Source of the DNA: an uncultured Aliarcobacter sp.
GTDB taxonomy: Bacteria > Campylobacterota > Campylobacteria > Campylobacterales > Arcobacteraceae
Direction: 5' to 3'
NCBI GenBank assembly: GCA_964384195.1
Contig: CAYLKG010000002.1
Span: 2,117 to 66,116, forward strand
Length of the DNA: 64,000 nucleotides
Numbering within the stretch: position 1 is the first letter of the stretch; each line of letters begins with the position of its first letter. A model generated the notes under the pieces. The model saw only the letters and a program-made list of their open reading frames with translations. It was not told the origin of the DNA and ran no database searches. The translations under genes and the position numbers were made by a program. Below are positions 36,487-46,527 of this stretch, in pieces.

Positions 36487-38451
36487 CTAAATTATTCCAT
36501 CAATTTTTAATAAAGAATCAATTTTTGGTTCTCTTTTTGCAAAATCATAGAAAAGCTTATCCATATTGTATGATCCACCTTTACTTAATACGTACTCTTT
36601 ATATTTTAGTCCCAGTTCTTGATTGAAAATATTTCCACTTTCAATAAACATATAAAATGCATCTGCACTTAAGACTTCAGCCCATTTATATGAGTAATAC
36701 CCTGCACTATAACCACCTGCAAAAATATGAGAAAAACCATTTTGGAATTTATTATATGAAGGTGGAATTATAACAGCAAATTTTTCTCTGACTTCATCAA
36801 GAAGTTTTTGAATTTCACCCTCATTTTTGTATAACTCTTGATATAGTTTAAAATCAAACAATGCAAATTCAATTTGTCTAACTGTTGCCATTGAAGATTG
36901 AAAATTTCTAGCTTTTATCAATCTATTTATTGCTTCATCATCTAATACTTCTCCAGTTTTATAATGTTTTGCAAAAAGTTTTAATACATCTTTATCATAA
37001 GAGAAATACTCCAAAAATTGTGATGGAAATTCCACAACATCCCAAGCAACACCAGCAATTCCACTAACAAAAGGCTCTTCAACCCTACTTAAAAGATGAT
37101 GTAATGCATGCCCCATTTCATGAAAAAGTGTAACAACATCACTATGTCTTAAAAGCGATGGAATATCATTTGTAGATTGTGGAAAATTCCCCACAATATA
37201 AGCTGTTGGAAGCTTTATTTCATCATTTGAAGTTTTATAGTATGAATGCCAGTTATTCATCCAAGCCCCACCTCTTTTGTCAGTTCTAGCTTCTAAATCT
37301 ATATATATTCTTGCAATTACTCCATTTTCTTCACTTAAATTATAAACTTGAACCTTTTCATCCCAAGCTTTAGCATTAGTTTTCGTAAATTTAATGTTAA
37401 ACATTTTATGTAAAAACTCAAAAAACCCTTCTAAAACAGAATTTTGTTCAAAATATGGTCTATAATACTCTTCATCCAAATCATATTGAGCTTTTTTAAG
37501 TCTTTCACTATAAAAAGTCACATCACTTGCTCTAAAATCAGTAATTCCATCTTTTAGTGCAAGTTGTTTTAACTCTTCAAACTCTTTTAATGCTTTTGGT
37601 TTTGCTTTATTTCCTAACTCTTCTAAAAAGTTTATAACCTCTTCTTCACTTTTTGCCATTTTTGTAGCAATAGAATACTGTGCAAAATTAGAGAAGCCTA
37701 ATATTTTTATTTTTTCTTCTTTTAAAGCTAGAAGCTCTTCTATAATTTTTCCATTTTCAGGTGCTCTTGTTGTATAAGCCTTATACAACTCTTCTCTTTT
37801 TTCTCTAGATGTACAATAAGTCATAAAAGCTATATATGATGGCATTTGAAGTGTAAACTTGTATTTTGTTTTTCCATCTTCTTCAAATTTTGCTAAAGCC
37901 AAATCTGATTCTGGAATATCTTTTATATCTTCAAAATTTTCAATAATTAAAGAATAAGCATTTGTAGCTTTTAATAAATTTTGTGAAAACTTATGTGATA
38001 GTTCACTTAACTGTAAATCCAATTCTTCAAGTCTTTGTTTTTTGTCTTTTTCTAAATTACATCCTGATAATTCAAAATCTCTAATTTCATTTTCTAATAC
38101 TTTTTTTTGTATACTATTTAAAGTACTATTTTCATTAGATAGTATATATTTTAAAACACTATATATATTTTCATTTTGACTTACTTCACTCTCATATTTT
38201 GAAATTATTGGAAGACAATCTTCATATACTTTTGAAGTGATTTCTGAATTTTTTACAGAATCAATATGAAATATTGGAGTAATAAATTCATTTATTCTCT
38301 CCCCTATTTCTTGAAATGGAGAAACAAAATTTTTATAAGTTTTATTTTCAATATCTAAAAGCTCTTTTAAATTTTTTCTACTCTCTTCTAAAATTTTTTC
38401 TAACTCAACGCTAGCATTTTCTAAATTTTCTAAATTAAATTCACAAAACAT
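36487..38451 (-). CDS. prlC: Oligopeptidase A (M3 family)
   Basis: DKRGGAWM, FHEMGHALH, VEFPSQFLE, FSHIFAGGYSAGYYSYKWAE. Confidence 0.93.
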   Translation of the reverse strand: MFCEFNLENLENASVELEKILEESRKNLKELLDIENKTYKNFVSPFQEIGERINEFITPIFHIDSVKNSEITSKVYEDCLPIISKYESEVSQNENIYSVLKYILSNENSTLNSIQKKVLENEIRDFELSGCNLEKDKKQRLEELDLQLSELSHKFSQNLLKATNAYSLIIENFEDIKDIPESDLALAKFEEDGKTKYKFTLQMPSYIAFMTYCTSREKREELYKAYTTRAPENGKIIEELLALKEEKIKILGFSNFAQYSIATKMAKSEEEVINFLEELGNKAKPKALKEFEELKQLALKDGITDFRASDVTFYSERLKKAQYDLDEEYYRPYFEQNSVLEGFFEFLHKMFNIKFTKTNAKAWDEKVQVYNLSEENGVIARIYIDLEARTDKRGGAWMNNWHSYYKTSNDEIKLPTAYIVGNFPQSTNDIPSLLRHSDVVTLFHEMGHALHHLLSRVEEPFVSGIAGVAWDVVEFPSQFLEYFSYDKDVLKLFAKHYKTGEVLDDEAINRLIKARNFQSSMATVRQIEFALFDFKLYQELYKNEGEIQKLLDEVREKFAVIIPPSYNKFQNGFSHIFAGGYSAGYYSYKWAEVLSADAFYMFIESGNIFNQELGLKYKEYVLSKGGSYNMDKLFYDFAKREPKIDSLLKIDGII

Positions 38452-38464
38452 ATTTTTACCTTTC

Positions 38465-39292
38465 TTATTTTTTAAACTTTAGAGTAAAACCTCTATCAAA
38501 ATTTTCGTAATCTTTATAAAATGAGTAGAATTCTACATTAAACTCTTTAAAATAGCCTTCTAGTGGTGCTTTTTGGTCAAACCCCATTTCACATAAAAGA
38601 TATGGAATATTTTTTTTATTTGTTATTTTTATAATCTCTTTTAATAACTCATTGCCTTGTTCTCCCCCAAAAAGTGCATTTTTAGGCTCAAATTCTACAT
38701 TTTTTGGTAAAACATAATTATCTTTGATGTAAGGTGGATTTGAAACTACCATAAAAATATCTTTTTCATCAACTTTTTCAAGTAAATTACTAAGCCTAAA
38801 ATCAATTCTTTCTAAAACTCCAAACTTTTGTGCATTTTGCTTTGCAAGATTTAAAGCTTTTTCATTTATATCTACTGCAATTATTTTTATATTCTTCAAT
38901 AAAACAGCCAACATTACTGAAATAATTCCGCTTCCTGTACCTATTTCAACTATTAATTTTTCATCTTTTTGCTCTTTTAAAATATTAAAAGCATTTTCGA
39001 CTAAAAGCTCAGTTTCCGGTCTTGGTATTAAAACACCTTCATTCACAATAAACTGCTCACCATAAAAAGATGCTTTTTTTGTAATATACTCTAAAGGATA
39101 ATTTGTAGCTCTTTTTGCAACTAATTTTTTAAGTTCATTTTCCATCAAAAATTCATTGTTATAATTTAAATGCAACCAAATTGGATTCTTATCAAGCAAA
39201 TACATTATTAGCATCTCAACTTCTTTTGCAGGAATATGAGTTACTAATTTCAAATCATTTGTGTATTTTCTTACACACTCTTTTATTGTCAA
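38465..39292 (-). CDS. prmC: Release factor glutamine methyltransferase
   Basis: LIPRPETE, EIGTGSG, SNPPY. Confidence 0.95.
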   Translation of the reverse strand: MTIKECVRKYTNDLKLVTHIPAKEVEMLIMYLLDKNPIWLHLNYNNEFLMENELKKLVAKRATNYPLEYITKKASFYGEQFIVNEGVLIPRPETELLVENAFNILKEQKDEKLIVEIGTGSGIISVMLAVLLKNIKIIAVDINEKALNLAKQNAQKFGVLERIDFRLSNLLEKVDEKDIFMVVSNPPYIKDNYVLPKNVEFEPKNALFGGEQGNELLKEIIKITNKKNIPYLLCEMGFDQKAPLEGYFKEFNVEFYSFYKDYENFDRGFTLKFKK

Positions 39293-39301
39293 ATTTTTTC
39301 C

Positions 39302-40393
39302 TTAATCTAATATATAAAGTGCCAATTCATCAGCTAATAAATAGTTATTGTTAAACACCCTATTTTCTTTTAATTCAAGCTTTTTTTCTAAAATTAATTC
39401 ATTTGCTCTTTTAAGTTCATTTTCATTTAAAAGTTCTAAAGGTGCACCAAACTTACATCTAAAACCTAAAAGAACCTTTTCGGCTTTTATATCTTCTTGG
39501 CTTAGCTGCTCTTTTTCCACTAAAAGTGGATTTTCTATATATTTTTCAATACTTTTTTCACTATATTCTCTTATATTACCAATACAAGCAACAGCACCAG
39601 CTCCTGTACCTAAATATTCATTGTGTTGCCAATAACCATAATTGTGTTTTGACTCAAACTCTTCATTTGTAGCAAAATTTGCTATTTCATATTGCTTGAA
39701 ACCTAATTTATCTAAATAATCAAAAATTTCATAACTTAGCTCTTCATCATCGATTTTTAAACTTTTTTTCTCTTTTTGAAGAGATTTTTCATCTAAGAAA
39801 AATTTAGTATTCTCTTCAATTATTAATGAATATGCACTAATGTGATTGATTTCTAAACTTTTTACCATATCAAAATCTTTTTTTAAAGTTTCAAAATTAT
39901 CATTTAAAACTCCATAAATAATATCACAATTAATTTTTTTAAAACCAACTTTTTTTGCATTATTTATAGCCTCAATTGCACTTTGACTACTATGTGCACG
40001 ACCTAAAAATTTGAGCTTTTTTTCATCAAAACTCTGCACGCCAAAACTAATACGATTAACACCCATTTCAAACATCTCTTGTTGCCAAGAAAAAGTTGCT
40101 GAATTAGGATTTGCTTCAGTTGTAATTTCAGCATTTTTATCTAAATAAGGTTTTATTAAATCAAAAACCTCTTTATAGCTTGATGCTTTTATTGTTGAGG
40201 GTGTTCCTCCTCCAATAAATACCGTTTTTATTTTTTTGTTCGAATTTATTATATGTTTTTCTAAATTATTTTCTAATTGCTTTTTTAAGGCCTCCATATA
40301 GTCGTCTTTTAACTTGAATTTCGTTGTATACGAGTTAAAAGCACAATAGAAGCATTTGCTATCGCAAAAAGGTATATGCATGTATAAAAGCAA
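39302..40393 (-). CDS. hemW: Radical SAM heme chaperone HemW (HemN-like)
   Basis: HIPFCDSKCFYC, GGGTPS, EANP, HISAYSL, HNYGYW. Confidence 0.9.
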   Translation of the reverse strand: MLLYMHIPFCDSKCFYCAFNSYTTKFKLKDDYMEALKKQLENNLEKHIINSNKKIKTVFIGGGTPSTIKASSYKEVFDLIKPYLDKNAEITTEANPNSATFSWQQEMFEMGVNRISFGVQSFDEKKLKFLGRAHSSQSAIEAINNAKKVGFKKINCDIIYGVLNDNFETLKKDFDMVKSLEINHISAYSLIIEENTKFFLDEKSLQKEKKSLKIDDEELSYEIFDYLDKLGFKQYEIANFATNEEFESKHNYGYWQHNEYLGTGAGAVACIGNIREYSEKSIEKYIENPLLVEKEQLSQEDIKAEKVLLGFRCKFGAPLELLNENELKRANELILEKKLELKENRVFNNNYLLADELALYILD

Positions 40394-40448
40394 TTTTTAA
40401 TCCTATATTTATTAAAATATCCACCTAATTATAAGGAAAAGTATATTT

Positions 40449-40943
40449 ATGACTGATAAAGAAGAAATTATTAAAAAAGAGAAAAAGAATTTTAGGCCAA
40501 ATGTTGCAGCTATTATATTATCATCTAAATATCCAGCTAAGTGTGAAATTTTCATAGCTTCAAGAACTGATATTACAAATGCCTGGCAATTTCCACAAGG
40601 TGGAATTGATGAGGGAGAAAGCACAAAAGAGGCTTTATTTAGAGAACTTGAAGAAGAAATTGGAACAAAAGATGTTGAAATAATTGCTGAATATCCAACA
40701 TGGGTTTCTTATGAATTCCCTCCAGTAATTGCCCAAAAAATGTACCCTTATGATGGACAAAAACAAAAATACTATTTAGTAAAACTAAAACAAGGCGCAA
40801 AAATTAACATAAACACTGAAATTCCTGAATTTAGTGAGTATAAATTTGTACCTACAAAAGAAATTTACGACTATATAACTTTTTTTAAAAGAACTGTCTA
40901 TAGGCAAGTTTTGAAATATTTTAAAGGTGAAGGTTATATTTAA
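40449..40943 (+). CDS. rppH: RNA pyrophosphohydrolase
   Basis: FRPNVA, WQFPQGGID, RELEEEIG Nudix box, GQKQKYY, FKR. Confidence 0.93.
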   Translation: MTDKEEIIKKEKKNFRPNVAAIILSSKYPAKCEIFIASRTDITNAWQFPQGGIDEGESTKEALFRELEEEIGTKDVEIIAEYPTWVSYEFPPVIAQKMYPYDGQKQKYYLVKLKQGAKININTEIPEFSEYKFVPTKEIYDYITFFKRTVYRQVLKYFKGEGYI

Positions 40944-40960
40944 AAAGGAAAGAAAATTAG

Positions 40961-42172
40961 ATGTTAAAAGTACTTAAATTCGGTGGAACAAGTGTTGGAG
41001 CATTAGATAGAATTCAAAATGTTGCAAACATCATCAAAAAAATAAGAGATGAAGGTCATGATGTAATTGCTATTGTTTCAGCTATGAGTGGTGAAACAAA
41101 TAAGTTAATAGAGTATGCTGAATACTATACAAAAACTCCAGAACCAAAAGAGATGGATATGCTTTTAAGTGCTGGGGAAAGAGTTACTTCAGCACTTTTA
41201 TCAATTGCTTTAAATAATATGGGCTACAAGGCCATTTCTATGAGTGGAAGAGAAGCTGGGATTTTAACAGACAACTCCCACACAAAAGCAAGAATAGAAA
41301 AGATTGAAACTGATAATATGAAAAAAGCAATAAAAGATGGAAATATTATTATCGTTGCTGGTTTTCAAGGAGTAACGCTTGAGGGTTCTAGAGTTACAAC
41401 TTTAGGTAGAGGTGGAAGTGATTTATCTGCAGTTGCTATTGCTGGAGCTATAAAAGCCGATGTTTGTGAAATTTATACAGATGTTGATGGAATTTATACA
41501 ACAGATCCACGAATTGAGCCAAAAGCAAAAAAATTAGAGAAAATTTCTTACGATGAAATGTTAGAACTTGCGAGCTTGGGTGCAAAAGTTTTACAAAATA
41601 GATCTGTTGAGATGGCAAAAAAATTAAACGTAAATTTAGTATCAAGAAGTAGCTTTACACCAGATGTAGAGGGAACATTAATTACAAATGAAGAGGAAAT
41701 TATGGAAAAACCAATAGTAAGTGGAATAGCTTTAGATAAAAATCAAGTTAGAGTTGGAATGTATGGAGTAATTGATAGACCAGGAGTTGCTAGTGCAATT
41801 TTTACAGCACTTGCTGATGCAAATATCAATGTTGATATGATTGTTCAAACAAGAGGACTTGATGGAACAACTGATTTAGATTTTACAATTCCTACAACAG
41901 ATTTGGAAATTTGTAAAAAAGTTATGACTCAATTTACTGCTGAAGCAAAAAATATTGATTACAATGAAGCTATTTGTAAAGTTTCAATTGTTGGTGTTGG
42001 TATGAAATCTCATACAGGTGTTGCTTCAAAAGCATTTACGGCTTTAGCAAATGAAAATATTAATATTAGAATAATCTCTACAAGTGAAATTAAAATATCT
42101 ATGATTATTGATGAAAAATATGCTGAGTTAGCTGTAAGAGCTCTACACGAAGCATACGAATTGGACAAATAA
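40961..42172 (+). CDS. lysC: Aspartate kinase
   Basis: KFGGTSV, VSAMSG, LGRGGSD, TDVDG, ACT domains. Confidence 0.96.
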   Translation: MLKVLKFGGTSVGALDRIQNVANIIKKIRDEGHDVIAIVSAMSGETNKLIEYAEYYTKTPEPKEMDMLLSAGERVTSALLSIALNNMGYKAISMSGREAGILTDNSHTKARIEKIETDNMKKAIKDGNIIIVAGFQGVTLEGSRVTTLGRGGSDLSAVAIAGAIKADVCEIYTDVDGIYTTDPRIEPKAKKLEKISYDEMLELASLGAKVLQNRSVEMAKKLNVNLVSRSSFTPDVEGTLITNEEEIMEKPIVSGIALDKNQVRVGMYGVIDRPGVASAIFTALADANINVDMIVQTRGLDGTTDLDFTIPTTDLEICKKVMTQFTAEAKNIDYNEAICKVSIVGVGMKSHTGVASKAFTALANENINIRIISTSEIKISMIIDEKYAELAVRALHEAYELDK

Positions 42173-42173
42173 T

Positions 42174-42725
42174 TTGCAAGAATTTTTAAATTGGACAGTT
42201 GATACAATTAGGGAAGATAGACTTATCTCTCCTTGGTTGGAAGAGAAAAAATTTGAGTGGACTCCAGTAGTTGCTAGAAATATAACAAATATTTTAGATA
42301 AAAATTTCTCAATTATTGTTATTACAGATAAAGATAGAGAGTGGTTTTTAAACTACATTTTATCAAATATAAACTCTTCAAAATTAAATAGACCTTTCTT
42401 ACCATTTTATGATTTTAGATCTATTTATGGATATATTGATAGTGTAAAATCAGAAGAGGATATGATAAATATAAAAGATATGTTAAGTATCTCTTTTCCA
42501 AATGGCTATAGTTTTTGGTATATTGGTAAAAGTCAAGATAATAGAGCAAATATTGCAAAAATATCTAAAAACTCTTTTTTATGGCTTTTTGATGAAGAGA
42601 AACAAGATGCTATTAATCTAAAATCAAACGATGAAGCCTTAGATATGAAGCTTTTGCAAATGTTCAGATTATATAATAAAACATTAAGTGCAGCTCTTTT
42701 TGCACAAATAAATGTGGAAAATTAA
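42174..42725 (+). CDS. hobA: DnaA-binding replication regulator HobA
   Basis: WLEE..FEW, TDKDREWF, LDMKLLQMFRL; conserved lysC-hobA-holB-folP synteny. Confidence 0.85.
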   Translation: MQEFLNWTVDTIREDRLISPWLEEKKFEWTPVVARNITNILDKNFSIIVITDKDREWFLNYILSNINSSKLNRPFLPFYDFRSIYGYIDSVKSEEDMINIKDMLSISFPNGYSFWYIGKSQDNRANIAKISKNSFLWLFDEEKQDAINLKSNDEALDMKLLQMFRLYNKTLSAALFAQINVEN

Positions 42726-42727
42726 TT

Positions 42728-43351
42728 TTGGAAGAGTTCTTCTTAAAATCACATATTTTACTTGTGGATGATATTCAAGAAGCTTTAGATAAACAAATTT
42801 TGTTGTATCCAAAACACTCTACAAGAGTTATAAAAAATGAAGAAAAAGATGAATTCCAGATAGCTCAAGCTAATTTAGCTATAAAAGAGGCTTATATTGC
42901 AACAAGTGAAGCTAAATATATCTTTTTATGTGGTGCAACTTTTAGAGTTGAAGCACAGAATGCTTTGTTGAAAATTTTAGAAGAGCCACCTTTAAATATT
43001 GTTTTTATAATACTAACAAATAGCAAAAATAGTCTACTTCCTACGATTTATTCAAGACTTCCCTACAAAAATATTAAAACTATTCAAATAAAAGCTGAAT
43101 CTATTTTAAATATAAAAAGATTAGATTTAAAAGATATCTATAATTTTTTAAAAGATAATCAAAAAATTTCAAAAGATGAAGCTAAAACTATTGTTGAAGA
43201 GATATTAATAAAAGTAAAAAATGAAAAAATTGAGTTAAAAGAGAAAGAGTTAGAAGTTTTTTCAAAATCTATAAAACTTCTTGATTTAAATTCAAAACCT
43301 ACAAATGTTCTAACACTTCTTCTTTTAACTTTATTTAATAAAAAGAGCTAA
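42728..43351 (+). CDS. holB: DNA polymerase III subunit delta' (epsilon-type short form)
   Basis: AQNALLKILEEPP, LLPTIYSR. Confidence 0.85.
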   Translation: MEEFFLKSHILLVDDIQEALDKQILLYPKHSTRVIKNEEKDEFQIAQANLAIKEAYIATSEAKYIFLCGATFRVEAQNALLKILEEPPLNIVFIILTNSKNSLLPTIYSRLPYKNIKTIQIKAESILNIKRLDLKDIYNFLKDNQKISKDEAKTIVEEILIKVKNEKIELKEKELEVFSKSIKLLDLNSKPTNVLTLLLLTLFNKKS

Positions 43352-43354
43352 TAT

Positions 43355-44494
43355 ATGGATATTTATAAAATTTCACTAAATGATGCTAATAACTTTCTAA
43401 CAAATCTAAATTGCGATAGAACAGGTGTAAAAATTATGTCTAAAAAGACTAAAGCTCATACTTTTTTAATAAAAAATCTTCATGTTGGTGCTGCTAATAT
43501 TTTAAAACAAGATGCTTTATCTGTTGGGGCTGATTTAGCAGTTCCAAAAGGAGTAATAGTAGCTAGAGACAAATATGTAGATGCTCTACTTATTGGGAGT
43601 ACAAAACATATTGAAATTTTAAGCAGAAAAGAGTTAGCTCAACCATTTGGTCTAAAAGAGGTTGCAAAAGTACTAAAAGACTTTATAAATGAGCAAAGAT
43701 TTAGTACAAAAATAATGGGTGTTTTAAATGCAAATGAAGACTCATTTTTCAAAAATAGTAGATTTGATAACTCTTGTGCTTCTATAAGAATTGAAAAAAT
43801 GATTGAAGATGGTGCAGATATTATAGATATAGGTGCCGTATCAAGTAGACCTGGAAGCCTACCTGTAAGTGAAGATATTGAATTAGAAAGAGTTAAAGAT
43901 ATAGTTCAAATTATTTATAAAAATAGATACTTTGATAAAGTCGATTTTTCTATAGACTCATTTGCTCCAAAAGTTATAAACTATGTTTTAGATCATGGTT
44001 TTAAAATAATAAATGATATAACAGGTCTAGAAAATGATGAGGTTTGTAAACTTGTAGCAAAATATAAAGCAAAAGCTGTAATTATGCATATGCAAAATAA
44101 TCAAACAAATATGCAAAACGACCCCTTTTATGAGGATGTTATTATTGAAATTGATAATTTTTTCAGACAAAGAGTTGAAAAAGTGAAAAGTTTTGGCGTA
44201 GAAGATATAGTTTTAGATGTAGGTATTGGTTTTGGAAAAACTTTAGAACACAATCTACTTTTACTAAAAAACCTTGAGCATTTCAAACACTTTGGATATG
44301 AGCTTTTAATAGGTGCAAGTAGAAAATCTATGATAAATATGATTACTCCAACAGAAATCATAGATAGACTTCCAGGTACTTTAGCTATACATTTAGAATC
44401 TATTAAATATGGGGCTTCAATTATTAGGTGTCATGATGTAAAAGAACATCATCAAGCGATAAAAGTTTTTGAGGCTATTGAAAAAATAAACTAA
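43355..44494 (+). CDS. folP: Dihydropteroate synthase with epsilon-type N-terminal extension
   Basis: MGVLNANEDSF, DIGAVSSRPG, SIDS, LDVGIGFGK, GASRKS, RCHDV. Confidence 0.95.
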   Translation: MDIYKISLNDANNFLTNLNCDRTGVKIMSKKTKAHTFLIKNLHVGAANILKQDALSVGADLAVPKGVIVARDKYVDALLIGSTKHIEILSRKELAQPFGLKEVAKVLKDFINEQRFSTKIMGVLNANEDSFFKNSRFDNSCASIRIEKMIEDGADIIDIGAVSSRPGSLPVSEDIELERVKDIVQIIYKNRYFDKVDFSIDSFAPKVINYVLDHGFKIINDITGLENDEVCKLVAKYKAKAVIMHMQNNQTNMQNDPFYEDVIIEIDNFFRQRVEKVKSFGVEDIVLDVGIGFGKTLEHNLLLLKNLEHFKHFGYELLIGASRKSMINMITPTEIIDRLPGTLAIHLESIKYGASIIRCHDVKEHHQAIKVFEAIEKIN

Positions 44495-44507
44495 TTTTTA
44501 TTTAAAA

Positions 44508-44537
44508 ATCATTTCCAATTTAAAAATTGGAAATGAT
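44508..44537. terminator. Bidirectional terminator between folP and hemolysin-family gene
   Basis: ATCATTTCCAATT-taaa-AATTGGAAATGAT, 13-bp perfect stem. Confidence 0.8.
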
Positions 44538-44543
44538 AATAAG

Positions 44544-45878
44544 TTAAGATTCTTTTGAATCTTCTTTAGATTGTTCTATTTTTGTACATAATATTTTTTT
44601 AATTCTATTATTATTTATCTCTAAAATCTCATATGTACAGTTTTCATCTACTATTATTTCACCAACAATAGGAATTCTGCCAATTAAGCTTGTAATTCTT
44701 CCACCAATTGTTACAGAAAGTTCATCTTCATCAAACTTTATATCTAAAATTTCTTCAACTTTTTCAATATTTACCATACCATCAAGTTCATAGATATTTT
44801 CATCTATTTTTTTAATAGTCTCTTGTTTTGGATCATGCTCATCCGTAGTTTCTCCAATTATCTCTTCAAGAATATCATCCATAGTTATTAACCCTGAAGT
44901 CCCACCGTATTCATCAACAACTAAAGCTAAATGAATTCTACTTTTGTTCATTCTTGTTAGAATAGAAGAAATTGAAGTATTTTCAGGAACCATAATAATC
45001 GGTCTTACAAGTTTAGAAAAATCACTAATATTATTTTCTAAGGCACTATTTAATAAATCTCTTGTGTGAATCATTCCTGTTACATTATCTTTTCCACCAT
45101 GACAATAAGGATATCTTGTATGCCTTGAATTTAAAACTCTTTTGATATTTTCTTCAAAACTTTTTTCAGAATTTATACAAATCATATCTTTTCTTGGAGT
45201 CATAATCTCTTTTGCAACAGTTTCAGAAAAGTCAACAGCATTTTTTATAATTTCACTCTCTACTGAATCAATATAACCACCTTTGAAACTCTCATTTACA
45301 ATAATTCTAAGCTCTTCTTCTGAGTGTGCTAAATCCTGCTCACTTGCTGGTTTAATTCCAAGTCTTCTAACGAAAAATGCAGCAACAATATCAAAAAATC
45401 TAATCAGTGGATAAAATACTAACCAAAATAGATATAAAGGTCTTGCTATATATAAAACCATAACTTCAGCTTTTGCAATAGCAACTGATTTAGGCACTAT
45501 TTCACCAAAAACAACATGTAAAAATGTAACGATAGCAAAAGCTATAATGAAACTTACAGTATGTAATAAAACGGAATCACCAGCAAAAAATGATGAGAAG
45601 TTAGATTCAATAATTTTTGCTAACGCAGGTTCACCAATCCAACCTAAAGCAAGAGAAGAAAAAGTAATTCCAAGTTGTGTAGCACTTAAGTAAGTATCAA
45701 GAGAGTTAGACATTTTCAATGCCAATGAAGCTCCACCTTTTTTTTGTTTAACAAACTCTTCTAGTTTACTTTTTCTAACTTTAACAATTGCAAATTCAGA
45801 GAGAACGAAAAAACCATTTAGAAGAACCAGCACTGCTGCTGCAACAAGCATAAGAACGGACTGTATATCGGGATCCAA
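44544..45878 (-). CDS. Hemolysin-family CNNM/CBS/CorC protein
   Basis: NGFFVLSEF, QLGIT, GEIVPK, CBS pair (HTRYP, VVDEYGGTSG), CorC domain. Confidence 0.9.
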   Translation of the reverse strand: MDPDIQSVLMLVAAAVLVLLNGFFVLSEFAIVKVRKSKLEEFVKQKKGGASLALKMSNSLDTYLSATQLGITFSSLALGWIGEPALAKIIESNFSSFFAGDSVLLHTVSFIIAFAIVTFLHVVFGEIVPKSVAIAKAEVMVLYIARPLYLFWLVFYPLIRFFDIVAAFFVRRLGIKPASEQDLAHSEEELRIIVNESFKGGYIDSVESEIIKNAVDFSETVAKEIMTPRKDMICINSEKSFEENIKRVLNSRHTRYPYCHGGKDNVTGMIHTRDLLNSALENNISDFSKLVRPIIMVPENTSISSILTRMNKSRIHLALVVDEYGGTSGLITMDDILEEIIGETTDEHDPKQETIKKIDENIYELDGMVNIEKVEEILDIKFDEDELSVTIGGRITSLIGRIPIVGEIIVDENCTYEILEINNNRIKKILCTKIEQSKEDSKES

Positions 45879-45999
45879 AAATTTTCCTTTTTTTTATAAT
45901 TTTATTTTTAGGTGTAAATATAAGCTATATAGACTTAATTTCTGCTTTTTTATTCAATTTAATTTTAATTTATGTTTAAATTTTGTATTTTAATAATAT

Positions 46000-46527
46000 T
46001 TATTCTTTTATTATAGTTATTACTAATTCTCCAACAACAAAACCAAATTTCTTCATTTTTGAGTGGTTAATAATAACTTTTTCATCTTGTAAATGAAGCC
46101 AATCTTGAACACTTAAATCTATAGTAGAATTTTTATATGGAACCCTCATAATATAATCTATCATAACAGTATTTCCATTTGCTATCATAGGACTTTCACC
46201 AATAATATCATTTGCAGTTGCTATAAACTTCTTATTTTCTGTTGGCTTTAAAGTCCAAACTCTTTTCATCTCTTCACCATCATCATAAACAAAATACTCA
46301 TCAAGTGTTCCAATGCCATTTTTATCCCAAGAGCCAACCATAGTCCCTTTAAAAGTTCTTGTGATTTTCCCGCTTCTATCTTTTACGATACCATAAGCTC
46401 TTAATTTTCCATTGAAATATTCTTGGGGAATAAACTCTGGTTTTGTGTTGTTAAAATCTTCTATTTTCATACTTGAACATCCTGTTAGTAGTGTGATGGT
46501 TAAAAAAACAATTAATAAATTTTTCAT
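46000..46527 (-). CDS. DUF3833 family lipoprotein
   Basis: Lipobox LTGC; EYFNG..RAYG, LDEYFVYDDGE, KKFGF. Confidence 0.85.
   Translation of the reverse strand: MKNLLIVFLTITLLTGCSSMKIEDFNNTKPEFIPQEYFNGKLRAYGIVKDRSGKITRTFKGTMVGSWDKNGIGTLDEYFVYDDGEEMKRVWTLKPTENKKFIATANDIIGESPMIANGNTVMIDYIMRVPYKNSTIDLSVQDWLHLQDEKVIINHSKMKKFGFVVGELVITIIKE

Noticed and set aside
43355-43710. N-terminal extension of FolP as a novel fusion
   Set aside because: Long FolP is known in Helicobacter and Campylobacter
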